A stretch of DNA of 64,000 nt, from the NCBI GenBank assembly GCA_963517015.1, contig CAUQDV010000003.1:133522-197521 (forward strand), read 5' to 3'. The position numbers and the translations under genes are program-made. This document shows, piece after piece, positions 50,976-61,764 of the stretch (positions within the stretch are counted from its first letter, which is position 1; every line of letters begins with the position of its first letter). The notes under the pieces were generated by a model. That model did no database searches. It saw only the letters and a list, made by a program, of their open reading frames with translations, and was not told the origin of the DNA. This stretch comes from an uncultured Devosia sp. GTDB lineage: Bacteria > Pseudomonadota > Alphaproteobacteria > Rhizobiales > Devosiaceae.

Positions 50976-51722
50976 GTGAAAACCGTTCTCATCACCGGCT
51001 GCTCCTCCGGCTTCGGCCTCGACACCGCAAACCACTTCCTGGCGCGCGGCTGGAAGGTCGTCGCCACCATGCGCACGCCGCGCACCGACCTGTTTCCTGC
51101 CTCCGAAAACCTGACCGTGCTGCCGCTCGACGTCACGGACGACCAGAGCATTCGCAGCGCCATCGACGCGGCTGGCCCTATAGACGTGCTGGTCAACAAT
51201 GCCGGCATCGGCTGGCTCAACGCCCTCGAGGGCACGCCCATAGAGGTGGCTCAGTCCATCTTCGAGACCAACACAATCGGTACCATGCGGGTGATCCAGG
51301 CGGTTCTGCCGCAGTTCCGCGCGCGAAACACAGGCCTCATCATCAACGTGACCTCGAGCGTCACCATGAAGCCGCTGCCGCTGCTGTCCGTCTATACCGC
51401 CAGCAAGGCCGCCGTGAACGCCTTCACCGAGTCCCTGGCGATTGAGCTTGAGCCTTGGGGCATCGAGGTCAAGATCGTTCTGCCGGGCGCGGCTCCCGAT
51501 ACCAGCTTCGGCAGCACGGCCCTGTCCCGCCTGCAGGAGAACGGCGGCTTTCCCGAGCCCTATGGCGATTTCGCAAATGCCGTCATCACCGCCATGCGCC
51601 AGCCTGGCGCGCCAAAAACGCTGTCCTCCGACGTCGCCGAGGCCGTCTGGTATGCCGCAACCGATCCGTCTGCACCCACACGGATTCCCGCCGGGGCCGA
51701 CGCAGTCGCCCTGGCGAACTGA
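50976..51722 (+). CDS. Short-chain dehydrogenase/reductase
   Basis: TGCSSGFG, NNAG, YTASK. Confidence 0.93.
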   Translation: MKTVLITGCSSGFGLDTANHFLARGWKVVATMRTPRTDLFPASENLTVLPLDVTDDQSIRSAIDAAGPIDVLVNNAGIGWLNALEGTPIEVAQSIFETNTIGTMRVIQAVLPQFRARNTGLIINVTSSVTMKPLPLLSVYTASKAAVNAFTESLAIELEPWGIEVKIVLPGAAPDTSFGSTALSRLQENGGFPEPYGDFANAVITAMRQPGAPKTLSSDVAEAVWYAATDPSAPTRIPAGADAVALAN

Positions 51723-51758
51723 AGCAGCAGGAAAGACACGTGTGATTTCCGGCTGGGA

Positions 51759-52445
51759 TCACCGATAGCCTTTGTCGAAACCCTTTTCGAACCAGTGGGC
51801 GGCGGGCGCGGACACCGCGCTCGCCTCGTTCGTAAAGGCGATGATGATCCATTCTGCGGCTGTCTCGTCGGCGGCGGGCACGGCAAGGCCGAAGCGGGTG
51901 GCAATAGCCTGCCCGGCGGTGGCCGAACTTTTGTCATCAGACCATGGGAGCCAACTGTCCGACCTGTTGCCGTCAAGAACAGCCGCAAGGCTTCCCGCGA
52001 AAAAGCCCGCCTGCTCGGCTTGGGGAAACCAGACAGAGCCATCCTGCGATTGCGACGCGTTGAGCACATCGGCCAACGGCTCATGCGGTCGCCCGCCATG
52101 CATGACGACATGGAACTGCTCGACGAGCGCGGTGTGGTCCCCGTCTTCGACCATGGCTTGCAGATAGGCGCGCAAGGCTCGACCGCCGCCTGAACTGCGC
52201 TCCAGGTCATCGCTGACGCCCACCGGGTCTTCCAGAAGGGCCGCGCCGAGCAGTTTCATCTGCTGCGCTTTTCGCTCCGCCGGCAGATCGTTCAATTCCT
52301 GCGGTGACGACATGAACGCGTGCCAGGTTTGGACAGCGGGGGAAGCGGTGTCCATCTCTTGTGCCCAGGCCGGTTGGAGCATTCCAGCCAAAACAGCTGC
52401 CATGGCCATCAAGTACTTCCGCTTCATCCGCACGATCTCCTGCAT
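51759..52445 (-). CDS. Secreted hypothetical protein
   Basis: MKRKYL...AWA-Q signal peptide. Confidence 0.6.
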   Translation of the reverse strand: MQEIVRMKRKYLMAMAAVLAGMLQPAWAQEMDTASPAVQTWHAFMSSPQELNDLPAERKAQQMKLLGAALLEDPVGVSDDLERSSGGGRALRAYLQAMVEDGDHTALVEQFHVVMHGGRPHEPLADVLNASQSQDGSVWFPQAEQAGFFAGSLAAVLDGNRSDSWLPWSDDKSSATAGQAIATRFGLAVPAADETAAEWIIIAFTNEASAVSAPAAHWFEKGFDKGYR

Positions 52446-52627
52446 TCCTCTGCCAACTCTGCCATGCTGTTCCCTGGATCACCACCCCGCGACACCTTGC
52501 TCGTACCAGCAAAGCCACCGCTGGACGCGACGCGCTGAAATGCCGATATTGGATGGCAAGGGTGCCAAAGGGGTGTGTCCGGCAGGACAGGGCCTCTGCC
52601 GGGCACGGAGGTCAGCACGAGGACGCG

Positions 52628-53185
52628 ATGAGTCAGATCAAGACCGAATTGCACTGGTCCAAACCCACGGGCATGCTGCCCAACAGCCGCTTTCCGCTGC
52701 TTGTGCACCGCAATGCCGTTCCTGGTGGTGGTGAAGAGGCAGTGCTGGACCGCCTGCGCAGCAATGGCTGGCTCAACAACTGGCGCTATCCCGGCATCTA
52801 TACCTATCACCACTTCCACTCCACCACGCACGAATGCCTCGGCTGCGCCCGCGGCTGGATGGAAGTCGTGCTGTTCGGCGAGAATGGCGTGACGGTCCGC
52901 GTCGAGGCCGGCGACATCGTCGTCCTGCCCGCCGGTGTTTCCCATTGCATGACCGGCAATTCCGAGGACATCCAGATGGTCGGCGGCTATCCCGACGGCC
53001 GGGATTGGGACAATTGCCAGCAGGCCAGGCTGACCCCGGACCTGCATCGCGAAGCTGCCAAGCGCATCATGATGCTGCCCATTCCACCGAGAGATCCGGC
53101 CACCGGTGCCGCCATGCAGGAATGGCTTGATGCGCCGTCATCGGTCGACGCCGATCTCAACGCCTTCCGCGACAATCTGGGCTAG
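52628..53185 (+). CDS. Cupin protein (YjlB-like)
   Basis: PNSRFPLL, NGW...W..GIY.YHHFHSTTHE, GD.VVLPAGVSH. Confidence 0.85.
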   Translation: MSQIKTELHWSKPTGMLPNSRFPLLVHRNAVPGGGEEAVLDRLRSNGWLNNWRYPGIYTYHHFHSTTHECLGCARGWMEVVLFGENGVTVRVEAGDIVVLPAGVSHCMTGNSEDIQMVGGYPDGRDWDNCQQARLTPDLHREAAKRIMMLPIPPRDPATGAAMQEWLDAPSSVDADLNAFRDNLG

Positions 53186-53223
53186 GGGGAGGGGCGCCTG
53201 GGCGCCGCTCCCCGCGGAGAAAA

Positions 53224-55143
53224 TCAGGCCTCGGCGCCTTCTGCCAACTGCCCGAGCTTGACCTGCACCAGCAGGCTCAACTCGTCATAGACATTCCACT
53301 CGTCGACGATCTTGCCGTCCTTCCAATGGTAATGGCTCATGCCCATCACCTGCACCCGCTTGCCGGTCGGATCGCCCAGCTCGCCCAGAATGCCATAGCC
53401 CAGATGATGACCCTCCATCACCCAGCGCACGGCGACCTTCGTGCCACCCTCTTCGCAGGGGTTTGACGCCACATGCTGGATTTCATAGCTCGCGTCCGGC
53501 AGCGAACCGATCAGGCCCAGATGCTGGTGAATGATGGCAGCGACGCCATAGAGCTCCTTCATGAGCGGACCGTGGTATTGCGCGGTCGGCGCATAATCCT
53601 GCGCAATGCGGCCGAACATGCGCTTGACGAACACCTCGTGCAGCATCTCGATCGTCTGCGCTTCGATATCGTTATGCGCAAGGCTCAGGTCCGCCTTCTC
53701 GTTCGGCCGGGTCTGGCCGAGAAAGCGTCGGTTTTCGCCGATATCGAGCGAGGTCAGGCCAGCGGCAAATTTCTGCTTGGCCGTGCGCAGGGCGAAATGG
53801 TTTGGATCGAGCCCGAGCTGCTTGATGATCGCCATCTGATCGGCCACCACCCATTCGCGATAGATCATGTTGCGGTGGATCATGCAGTCGGCAATAGTCC
53901 GCGACACGAAAGGCTTGCCCGTCGGCTGGCCGAGATGGCCATATTGGGTATGCCGGCCCGATCCGGTCACCAGATGGCTGGTATAGAAGCCGTCCTTGTC
54001 ATTGCCGTTCCAGATCACCTGTGTGCCCATGCCCCGGCGCTCGGGGAAGGAAACCAGCCGCTGGATCGTGTCGCGCACCACGTCTTCACGATTATAGATG
54101 GTGCCCGTCGTGCCATAGAGCACGCAGTTGTGGGTGTAATGCGTATAGATCAGCCCGATATCGCGCTCGTCCCAGATCTTGTGCGTGCAGCGAATGATGT
54201 AGTCGACGATGTCGGTATAAATGTCGTCGAACCCGTCCAGAGACTGCGAGCGCGGGCGATCCGTTGGCGCCAGATCGGGATAATCGCGGCGCTCCACCTG
54301 CAGCACGCTTTCCTCCAGCGCCACGGCTGATGCGCCCTTGCTCTTGGGGTTGCTGGTGGTCTCGCTCATGGTCGCTCCTCGTGCGTCTGCCGGATTGGCG
54401 GTGGTGTCCGCCAGCCAGTCGCGCACATGACGCGCCACTGCGGCGGGATTTTCAAGCGGGGCGAAATGCCCTGCCTTGGGAATGGTGAATAATCGGGCGC
54501 CCGGAATGGCTTGCGCCATTTCCTCATGCGCTTCCAGCGGGCAAACCTTCTCGGCCTCGCCCGCCAATATGAGTGTCGGAACTGCAATGGCAGAAAGCCT
54601 CGGCCGGCTGTCGGCGCGGTGGATCGCCACCTCGGATTGCCTCGCCAGCACATCCGGCCCGGCATCGCCCGCCATGGCCGCGATTAATGCGGCCAATTCG
54701 CCATCCGCGACATTCTCCGGCGCCACCAGATTGTGCCACGCATCGGCTATATAGCCATCCATGCCCTCAGCGCGCGCCTTGGTCACTGCCGACCGGCGCT
54801 TGGCTGCATTGGCCTCGGGATCGGGCCGGGCTGTCGTGTCAATTAGCGCCAGACGCGCGATCCGCTCTGGGGCCTGCGCCATCATCTCCAGCGCCACGAT
54901 GCCGCCCAGCGAAAATCCAAGCAGAGAGAAGCGCTCCGGCGCTTGGTCAAGGATGCGCGCCGCCAGCTCGGGTGTCGTTTCCGCGCCGGTCATATCCCCG
55001 ATGATCGCCACCGGCATATCGAGCCGGGAAAGCAGCGGTGCGAATAGCCGCGCATCGCAGACCGTGCCAGGCAGCAACAGCAAGGGCAGGGGCGCCGCGA
55101 CGGCACCCTCATGACTTTCCCTGTCGTGGATAGCTTTGTTCAT
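53224..55143 (-). CDS. Alpha/beta hydrolase fused in frame to tandem SnoaL/ester-cyclase (NTF2-like) domains
   Basis: GFSLGG nucleophile elbow and AGH His motif; then two NTF2-like repeats ending IYREW and GKIVDEW; internal GAGGAG-N5-ATG at 54369. Confidence 0.8.
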   Translation of the reverse strand: MNKAIHDRESHEGAVAAPLPLLLLPGTVCDARLFAPLLSRLDMPVAIIGDMTGAETTPELAARILDQAPERFSLLGFSLGGIVALEMMAQAPERIARLALIDTTARPDPEANAAKRRSAVTKARAEGMDGYIADAWHNLVAPENVADGELAALIAAMAGDAGPDVLARQSEVAIHRADSRPRLSAIAVPTLILAGEAEKVCPLEAHEEMAQAIPGARLFTIPKAGHFAPLENPAAVARHVRDWLADTTANPADARGATMSETTSNPKSKGASAVALEESVLQVERRDYPDLAPTDRPRSQSLDGFDDIYTDIVDYIIRCTHKIWDERDIGLIYTHYTHNCVLYGTTGTIYNREDVVRDTIQRLVSFPERRGMGTQVIWNGNDKDGFYTSHLVTGSGRHTQYGHLGQPTGKPFVSRTIADCMIHRNMIYREWVVADQMAIIKQLGLDPNHFALRTAKQKFAAGLTSLDIGENRRFLGQTRPNEKADLSLAHNDIEAQTIEMLHEVFVKRMFGRIAQDYAPTAQYHGPLMKELYGVAAIIHQHLGLIGSLPDASYEIQHVASNPCEEGGTKVAVRWVMEGHHLGYGILGELGDPTGKRVQVMGMSHYHWKDGKIVDEWNVYDELSLLVQVKLGQLAEGAEA

Positions 55144-55222
55144 CAACCCAGTCCGCCCCACCATCGGGGCAGGCCTCGACCAATGGCCAAGACCGATTTT
55201 GCCAAAAAACTCTGGCAAAATT

Positions 55223-55236
55223 TGAATACGTATGCA
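55223..55236. promoter_or_regulatory. LacI-type operator, copy 1
   Basis: TGAATACGTATGCA in the divergent intergenic region. Confidence 0.8.
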
Positions 55237-55329
55237 AGATCAAATTGTGGACACGGCAAGGTGACGTTTGTGTCACGCCAATTGCTAGCACTTTTGTCCC
55301 AAATGCTGCTGCTGATCGAAGGCGATGCG

Positions 55330-56625
55330 ATGACCCAGAATACGAATTCTCCTTATCCCGGCGTAACTTACGTCAAGGCCCCCGAACGCTCCTCGGTCAG
55401 CGACAACGCGCCGGTCGAAACACTGGTCAGCGAGATCATCGCCAACGTTCGCAAGAATGGCGACGCCGCCGTACGCGAATACTCCGCCAGGTTCGACAAG
55501 TCGGACCTGGAAGTCTTCGAAGTCACTGCTGCAGAACGAGAATCTGCCCTCGCCGAGCTCGATCCTCAGACCCGCAAAGACACCGAATTCGCCATCGCCA
55601 ATGTGCGAAAATTCGCCGAAGCGCAGCTCGCCACCATCCTGCCGCTCGAAGTCGAAACCCTACCGGGCGTCCACATGGGCCACCGCGTCATCCCTATCCA
55701 GCGCGTCGGCTGCTACGTCCCCGGCGGTCGCTATCCCCTTCTCAGCGCTCCAATAATGACCATCGTCCCGGCCAAGGTCGCCGGCGTCGACGAGGTCATC
55801 GCGTGCCTTCCGCCGAACGCCCACAAGGCCATGATCGCCGGCTGCCATCTCTCTGGTGCTGACCGAATTTTCCGCATCGGCGGGGCCCAGGCCATCGCCG
55901 CCATGGCCTATGGCACCGAGAGCGTTCCCGCCGTCAACAAGATCGTCGGCCCCGGCAATGCCTTCGTTAACGAAGCCAAGCGTCAGGTCTTTGGCCCCGT
56001 CGGTATCGACCAACTCGCTGGCCCGTCTGAGATTTTCGTCGTTGCCGATAGCACCGGCGATGCCGAAATGATCGCCACCGACCTCCTGGCTCAGGCCGAA
56101 CACGACATCCGCACCCGCGTTGGTCTCATCACCACCGACAAGGCCTTGGCCGAAGCCGTCCAGGCCGAAGTCGAAGCTCAGCTCCAGACCCTCTCGACAG
56201 CGACAACTGCCCGTGAGGCCTGGATAAATTACGGCGAGATCACCGTCTGCGAAGACGAAGCAGCCATGATCGCCTATTCCGACCTGATCGCCGCCGAACA
56301 CCTGCAGGTCCACACCAAGGACGCCAAGGCTTTCGCCAAAAAGCTTCGCAATTACGGTTCGCTCTTCATCGGTGAACTGGCCAGCGTCGTTTATTCCGAC
56401 AAATGCTCGGGCACCAACCACACCCTCCCCACCATGGGCGCCGGCGCCTACACCGGCGGCCTCTGGGTCGGCGCCTATGTAAAAATCGCGACGCACCAGT
56501 GGCTTGATGAAGAGGGCGTCAAACAGGTCGCCCCTCCCGCCGCCCGCCAATCTGCCAGCGAGGGCCTCGAAGGCCACCGCCGCGCCGCCCAGCTCCGGCT
56601 GGATCGCATGCAGGCAGGCAAGTAA
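55330..56625 (+). CDS. Histidinol-dehydrogenase paralogue A (HisD/HpsN family)
   Basis: [40 protein letters not shown]; not in a his operon. Confidence 0.9.
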   Translation: MTQNTNSPYPGVTYVKAPERSSVSDNAPVETLVSEIIANVRKNGDAAVREYSARFDKSDLEVFEVTAAERESALAELDPQTRKDTEFAIANVRKFAEAQLATILPLEVETLPGVHMGHRVIPIQRVGCYVPGGRYPLLSAPIMTIVPAKVAGVDEVIACLPPNAHKAMIAGCHLSGADRIFRIGGAQAIAAMAYGTESVPAVNKIVGPGNAFVNEAKRQVFGPVGIDQLAGPSEIFVVADSTGDAEMIATDLLAQAEHDIRTRVGLITTDKALAEAVQAEVEAQLQTLSTATTAREAWINYGEITVCEDEAAMIAYSDLIAAEHLQVHTKDAKAFAKKLRNYGSLFIGELASVVYSDKCSGTNHTLPTMGAGAYTGGLWVGAYVKIATHQWLDEEGVKQVAPPAARQSASEGLEGHRRAAQLRLDRMQAGK

Positions 56626-56626
56626 C

Positions 56627-56654
56627 GAAAAAGGCCGGCGAAAGCCGGCCTTTC
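56627..56654. terminator. Bidirectional intrinsic terminator
   Basis: AAAAAGGCCGGC-GAAA-GCCGGCCTTT between convergent genes. Confidence 0.88.
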
Positions 56655-56678
56655 TGTTTGCTGCCAGATACTAACCGA

Positions 56679-57380
56679 CTAACGGATCTCATCCGCTTCC
56701 AGCCACGCCGCCCGCAGCTTCTCCACCGTGAACCCCGGCGCCCGTGCCGCCGTCAGGATCGGCACTTCCTTGCGCATTACCACGTCGATCGCCCAGGCCA
56801 TGCGCTCGATATGCTCGGCCGGGATCACCACCGCACCATGCCGGTCGGCATGAATCAGGTCGTCCGGTTTCACAGCCATACCAAACACCGTCACCGGGCG
56901 ATCGAGCTCTGTCACATGCACGAAGGCATGGCTGGGCCCGACCGACCCGGCAATCACTTGATAGCCTTCGTCGAGCATGCCCAAGTCGCGCAAAACGCCA
57001 TTGGTCACCGTGCCGGCAATGCCCAGCCCCTTATGCTGAGCCACCTGCATTTCACCCCAAAATCCGCCAATGGCATGGGGATAGTCAGTGTCCTCGATCA
57101 CCACCACATGCGGCTCGTCGCCGTCCGAGACATATTCGTAGTACTGCATGCGCAGCGCCCGCACCTCCGCTGCAGGCTTTTGCGCAGGAGAGGTGGCGCG
57201 GATCTTTGCCGTGCGGGCAAAGCCCACCACGGGCGGCAGGGCAGGGTCGGCGCAGACCACCGGCGTCTTGGTGAACCCCTCGGCCGTGCGTCCGCCCATC
57301 ACATGCTCCAGGGCGTTGCAGACCGTCGGCGTATCGGCCTTGCGCAAGGCATCCAGTACCTCGGGGGATATTGTGGGCAT
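56679..57380 (-). CDS. RraA/HMG-aldolase family protein
   Basis: DTPTVCNAL, WGE, G.VTNG.LRD, V.P.DLIHAD.HGAVVIP. Confidence 0.85.
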   Translation of the reverse strand: MPTISPEVLDALRKADTPTVCNALEHVMGGRTAEGFTKTPVVCADPALPPVVGFARTAKIRATSPAQKPAAEVRALRMQYYEYVSDGDEPHVVVIEDTDYPHAIGGFWGEMQVAQHKGLGIAGTVTNGVLRDLGMLDEGYQVIAGSVGPSHAFVHVTELDRPVTVFGMAVKPDDLIHADRHGAVVIPAEHIERMAWAIDVVMRKEVPILTAARAPGFTVEKLRAAWLEADEIR

Positions 57381-57452
57381 GGCGACATTCTCCTCAAAAA
57401 ACACGAGTGACCCCGCCCGGCAAAAGGCGAGGCCATTCAGGTATCTGGCAGC

Positions 57453-58490
57453 TTATTCCGCTGCCTTGGCCTCTGCCCAGACCGGGGCCGCAGGCGCCGC
57501 CGCACCGCGCACCACAAAGGCGATCGCATCGGCCGACGCCGGGTTGCGGAAGCCATGCACTAGGCCAACAGGCACGGTCAGCGTATCGCCAGCGCCCAGG
57601 ATCAGCGCGCCATCGGCCCAGTTCACTTCCAGCGTGCCGGACTGCACAAAGATCACTTCCTGCTCGGAGCGACTATGCGGCGCGATCACCGCACCGGTCT
57701 CAAGCTTCAGCCGTCGCAGCGCGAAATCATGCTGCCAATGGCCGATGATCGGGCCTGCCGCAAAGCCGTCATTGGCATCGACGTCGCCGATCAGCGCAGC
57801 CTCTTCCACGCCTTCGCCCGCCAGCGGTGAGTTCGGATTGCCCTTCATCTGCTCAGGCTTCAGCGCATATTTGGCCAGTTCCTCGATCGGTGGCGTCGCC
57901 AATTCCTTCATCTTGGCTTCGTCGGGTGGCAGTTCCATCTCGGCGCCCTCTGGCACCTTCTCGCCAATCGTCGTGTCGATCAGCTTGCCACCCTTGAGCA
58001 GCTTCAGGCCAAAATCCTCGGCCATCTTGAAGACGGAGGGCGCCCAGACCACCTTGCCCGGATCATCATGGCCCAGCACCACGGCGAGGAAGCCCGTGCC
58101 TTCGTCGCGTTTTTCGAAGCCGCGGAACATATGGGTCGGCACCGTCGCCACATCGCCGGGCTCGACGTCGAGATAACCCTCGTCCTTGTTGGCGCCAAAG
58201 ACGAAACGCCACTTGCCGGTATGGACGAGGAAGGTCTCGGCTGTCAGGTGCGAATGCTGCGAATTGGTGCAGCCGAAGGGCTGGCGCGCTGCGCCGAAAT
58301 TGAAGCCGTGCGCCTCGGGGATATGCACCACCTGCGCCTTGTTCTCGCTGACGCCCGGCCCAATGATGGTGAAATTCTCCTTGCGGTCCGAACCAGGCGT
58401 CCGCGCATCGATGAAGGCATTGCGCAACCCCTTGAGGTCGGCATAGCGCACCAAGCGCTTTTCCATTTCAGATTGAGTCCACTTGGTCAT
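57453..58490 (-). CDS. Bicupin protein
   Basis: HSH..AETF.V..G.W, PGD...P...FRGF; second cupin HSR..QEV...GD...P....HGF. Confidence 0.82.
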   Translation of the reverse strand: MTKWTQSEMEKRLVRYADLKGLRNAFIDARTPGSDRKENFTIIGPGVSENKAQVVHIPEAHGFNFGAARQPFGCTNSQHSHLTAETFLVHTGKWRFVFGANKDEGYLDVEPGDVATVPTHMFRGFEKRDEGTGFLAVVLGHDDPGKVVWAPSVFKMAEDFGLKLLKGGKLIDTTIGEKVPEGAEMELPPDEAKMKELATPPIEELAKYALKPEQMKGNPNSPLAGEGVEEAALIGDVDANDGFAAGPIIGHWQHDFALRRLKLETGAVIAPHSRSEQEVIFVQSGTLEVNWADGALILGAGDTLTVPVGLVHGFRNPASADAIAFVVRGAAAPAAPVWAEAKAAE

Positions 58491-58523
58491 CTGTTTGTCC
58501 TTTCATCGCAGGTTGGGTCAATT

Positions 58524-58537
58524 TGCATTCGTATGCA
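58524..58537. promoter_or_regulatory. LacI-type operator, copy 2
   Basis: TGCATTCGTATGCA upstream of the bicupin gene. Confidence 0.8.
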
Positions 58538-58582
58538 TCAATAGTCTAAGTGCTGACGCGACTGGAATATCCGTCATATCGG

Positions 58583-59653
58583 TCAGAGCTCTTTGGGTCG
58601 GAAAATGGTCTGGCCGTCGCGCTCGACCAGCCCGCTCTGCGGCAGGCGGGCCGACGTGCGGACCACGAGATCGCCATTGAGAATGCGATGCTCGGCCTCG
58701 ATGTCGCCGCTGGCAATCTGGTCCATCAGGATATCGACCGTGGCCTCCACCATGCGCTTGACCGGTTGGCTCATCGAGGTGATGCCATAGGAGGTCCAGG
58801 TGGATGGGCCCACATCGTCATAGCCGACGATGGAAATGTCCTCCGGGATTTTGAGCCCGAATTCGTAGCGCGCTACATCCATCACCGCGACCGCCATATG
58901 GTCATTGGCGACGAACAGCGCTTCCGGCCGGTCCTTGCGACCAAACATCCGCCGCGCCGCATCCTGCGCTTCCGTGCGGGAATAATTGCCCGTCTCCGTC
59001 ACCACATTGGCAAAGCCATGCGCGGCCAGCCCTTCGACAAAGCCCTGCTGGCGATCGCGATTGGTCGAGGAATTCTCAAGGCCCGCAATATAGCCAAAGC
59101 TCTTGTGCCCGCCGGCTACGAGGAATTCGGCAATGCGCTTGCCGCCTTCGCGATTGCGCGTCGTGACGCTGGACACCGCATCGCGCTCGGTGGTTCGGTT
59201 GAACAGAACCACGGGAATCCCGGCCGTCGCACACTCTTCCGACAGTTCGGAGGAGAGCGAGGTCGAGGCGAGGATGATGCCATCGACGCGATATTGCATC
59301 AGCTGGTCAAAGACCGGGTCGCTGTCGCGATCCATGAAGCCGGTAAACAGCAGCAGGTGGTAATTCTCCGCCGCCAGCGCCCGGCCCAGCTCTTCAAGCA
59401 CATCGGGATAGAACAGGTTTTCGAGATAGGCCATCACCACGGCAATGATGCGCGAGCGATTGGTGATCAACGAACGGGCAATGGCATTGGGCCGATAGCC
59501 CAGCATCTTGGCCGAAGCGAGCACTTTCTGCCGTGTCTTGGGCGAGATCGAAGCGCCGGGCGTAAAGGTGCGCGAGACAGCCGACTGCGAAACGCCCGCA
59601 TGTTCGGCGACTTGGCTGGACGTGACGCCCGGTTTCTTTACTCCGCTGTCCAT
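58583..59653 (-). CDS. LacI-family transcriptional regulator
   Basis: VTSSQVAEHAGVSQSAVSR, LGYRPNAIARSL, IPEDISIVGYDD. Confidence 0.95.
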   Translation of the reverse strand: MDSGVKKPGVTSSQVAEHAGVSQSAVSRTFTPGASISPKTRQKVLASAKMLGYRPNAIARSLITNRSRIIAVVMAYLENLFYPDVLEELGRALAAENYHLLLFTGFMDRDSDPVFDQLMQYRVDGIILASTSLSSELSEECATAGIPVVLFNRTTERDAVSSVTTRNREGGKRIAEFLVAGGHKSFGYIAGLENSSTNRDRQQGFVEGLAAHGFANVVTETGNYSRTEAQDAARRMFGRKDRPEALFVANDHMAVAVMDVARYEFGLKIPEDISIVGYDDVGPSTWTSYGITSMSQPVKRMVEATVDILMDQIASGDIEAEHRILNGDLVVRTSARLPQSGLVERDGQTIFRPKEL

Positions 59654-60402
59654 CCGCCATCCACCAGAAGCGATGTGCCGGTCACGAGGCCCGCGGCATC
59701 GGATGCCAGGAACACGATCGGGCCCATCAGGTCTTCCACTCTTCCCAAACGGCCCAGCTTTATCTTGGAGAGCACCCAGTCGCGAAACTCGGGATTGCTC
59801 AGGTTTTTGGCCGTCAACTCGGTCTCGACAAAGGTCGGGCAGACCGTGTTGACGCGGATATTATTGCCACCGAGCTCGATTGCCATGGCTTTGGTCAATC
59901 CCTCCACAGCATGTTTGCTGGCGGCATAGACCGCGCGGGCAGGGCCCCCGACATGGCCCATCTGCGAGGAGATATGGATGATCGAGCCGGGCAGGCCGGC
60001 CTGCACCAGTTTCGCAACCACGGCCTGCGACACAAAGATCGTAGCGCCCAGATTGACGTCCATTACCGCCTGGTAGCTCGCCGGAGTGATTTCGGCAAAG
60101 CTGGAATGCCGCGCTGTCCCGGCCGAATTGACCAGCACCTCGAACGGCTCCACGTCGTCGACAAAGTTTCTCACGGCAGCGCTGTCGGTGATGTCGAGCG
60201 CCACGCCCTCGGCACTCAAACCCGCATCAGCCATCTCATTGACTACGGCTTCGATATCGCCCGCCGTGCGCGCCGCAATGGTCACCGCAGCGCCCGCCTC
60301 CGCTAGCGCCACTGCCGCACCCAGCCCGATGCCGCGCGTGCCCCCGGTGACGAGGGCTCGCTTGCCATCAAGCCGGAAACTGGGTGTGCGTGGCAGGATC
60401 AT
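59638..60402 (-). CDS. Short-chain dehydrogenase/reductase
   Basis: TGGTRGIG, NSAG, SSQMG, YAASK. Confidence 0.93.
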   Translation of the reverse strand: MILPRTPSFRLDGKRALVTGGTRGIGLGAAVALAEAGAAVTIAARTAGDIEAVVNEMADAGLSAEGVALDITDSAAVRNFVDDVEPFEVLVNSAGTARHSSFAEITPASYQAVMDVNLGATIFVSQAVVAKLVQAGLPGSIIHISSQMGHVGGPARAVYAASKHAVEGLTKAMAIELGGNNIRVNTVCPTFVETELTAKNLSNPEFRDWVLSKIKLGRLGRVEDLMGPIVFLASDAAGLVTGTSLLVDGGWTAE

Positions 60403-60403
60403 G

Positions 60404-61732
60404 TTACTCGGCGGCCTCGGTGCGTGGGGTGGCACCGGTACCATAGGGCACATTGCGGCCACCATAGCGGCGGACTCGAATATTGGCCTGCTCGGCATGG
60501 CCGACAAAGCCCTCGAGCATCGACAGGCGTGAACCATATTCGCCAATCATCGCCGAAGCCTGGTCCGTCGTGACGGTCTGCCACGTGCAGGTCTTCATGA
60601 ACTTCCCCACCCAGAGGCCACCGGTGTAGCGCGCGGCCTTCATCGTGGGCAGGGTATGATTGGTGCCGATCACCTTGTCGCCATAGGCCACATTGGTGCG
60701 CGGCCCGAGGAACAGCGCGCCGTAGTTGGTGATATTGTCGCGGAACCACATGTCCCGGTCGGTCATCACCTGCACATGTTCGGAGGCAATGCGGTCGGCC
60801 TCCGCCAGCATTTCTTCGTAGCTCTCGCAGACAATCACTTCGCCAAAGTCGTTCCAGCTTTTCCGAGCAATTTCGCCGGTCGGCAGGATGGCTAGAATCC
60901 GCTCGATCTCTGCCATGGTTTCCCGCGCCAGCTTTTCCGAATTGGTCAGCAGGATTGCCGGCGAGGTCGGCCCATGCTCGGCCTGGCCCAGCAGGTCCGT
61001 GGCGCACATCTCGCCATCCACCGTCTCGTCGGCAATGACCAGCGTTTCTGTCGGCCCGGCAAACAGGTCGATACCCACACGGCCAAACAATTGCCGCTTG
61101 GCTTCAGCCACAAAGGCATTGCCCGGCCCAACCAGCATGTCGACCGGCGCAATACTCTCGGTGCCGATGCCCATGGCGCCGACGGCCTGGATGCCACCAA
61201 GGACATAGATTTCATCGGCACCGGCCATCGCCTGTGCGGCAACGACAGCCGGTGCCGGCTTGGCTCCAAAGGGCGGAGCACAAGTGATGACGCGCTCGCA
61301 GCCAGCCACTTTGGCGGTGATCACCGACATATGGGCGGAGGCGAGCAGCGGATATTTGCCGCCGGGGACATAGCAACCCACGGCGTTGATGGGGACGTGC
61401 TTATGGCCCAGCGTCACGCCGGGCAGCGTCTCGACTTCGAGGTCCTGCATGGTGGCGCGCTGTGCCTGCGCGAAATTACGCACCTGAGTCTGAGCAAATT
61501 CAATGTCGCTCAGATCCTGATCGGTCAGCTGATCCATGCAATCCTGGATTTCAGCCGGGGTCAGGCGGAAATCCTCGCGGTCCCATTTGTCGAACTTTTG
61601 CGACAGCTCACGCACGGCTCGGTCGCCTCGTTTTTCAATGTCGCCGAGAATGCCTTCCACCGTGGCGCGGACCTGCCGATCCGCTTCCGCCCGTTCCTCG
61701 ACATCCTTGCCGCGCTTGAGCCAAACTGGCAT
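60404..61732 (-). CDS. Histidinol-dehydrogenase paralogue B (HisD/HpsN family)
   Basis: [42 protein letters not shown]. Confidence 0.9.
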   Translation of the reverse strand: MPVWLKRGKDVEERAEADRQVRATVEGILGDIEKRGDRAVRELSQKFDKWDREDFRLTPAEIQDCMDQLTDQDLSDIEFAQTQVRNFAQAQRATMQDLEVETLPGVTLGHKHVPINAVGCYVPGGKYPLLASAHMSVITAKVAGCERVITCAPPFGAKPAPAVVAAQAMAGADEIYVLGGIQAVGAMGIGTESIAPVDMLVGPGNAFVAEAKRQLFGRVGIDLFAGPTETLVIADETVDGEMCATDLLGQAEHGPTSPAILLTNSEKLARETMAEIERILAILPTGEIARKSWNDFGEVIVCESYEEMLAEADRIASEHVQVMTDRDMWFRDNITNYGALFLGPRTNVAYGDKVIGTNHTLPTMKAARYTGGLWVGKFMKTCTWQTVTTDQASAMIGEYGSRLSMLEGFVGHAEQANIRVRRYGGRNVPYGTGATPRTEAAE

Positions 61733-61764
61733 TTTCGCGCCTCCCGTTTCGTTGTTTGTCATTC

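Noticed and set aside
55330..61732. Calling either paralogue hisD or hpsN
   Set aside because: No histidine-operon or sulfonate context, and the substrate-side motifs differ from what I recall for both; symbol withheld.
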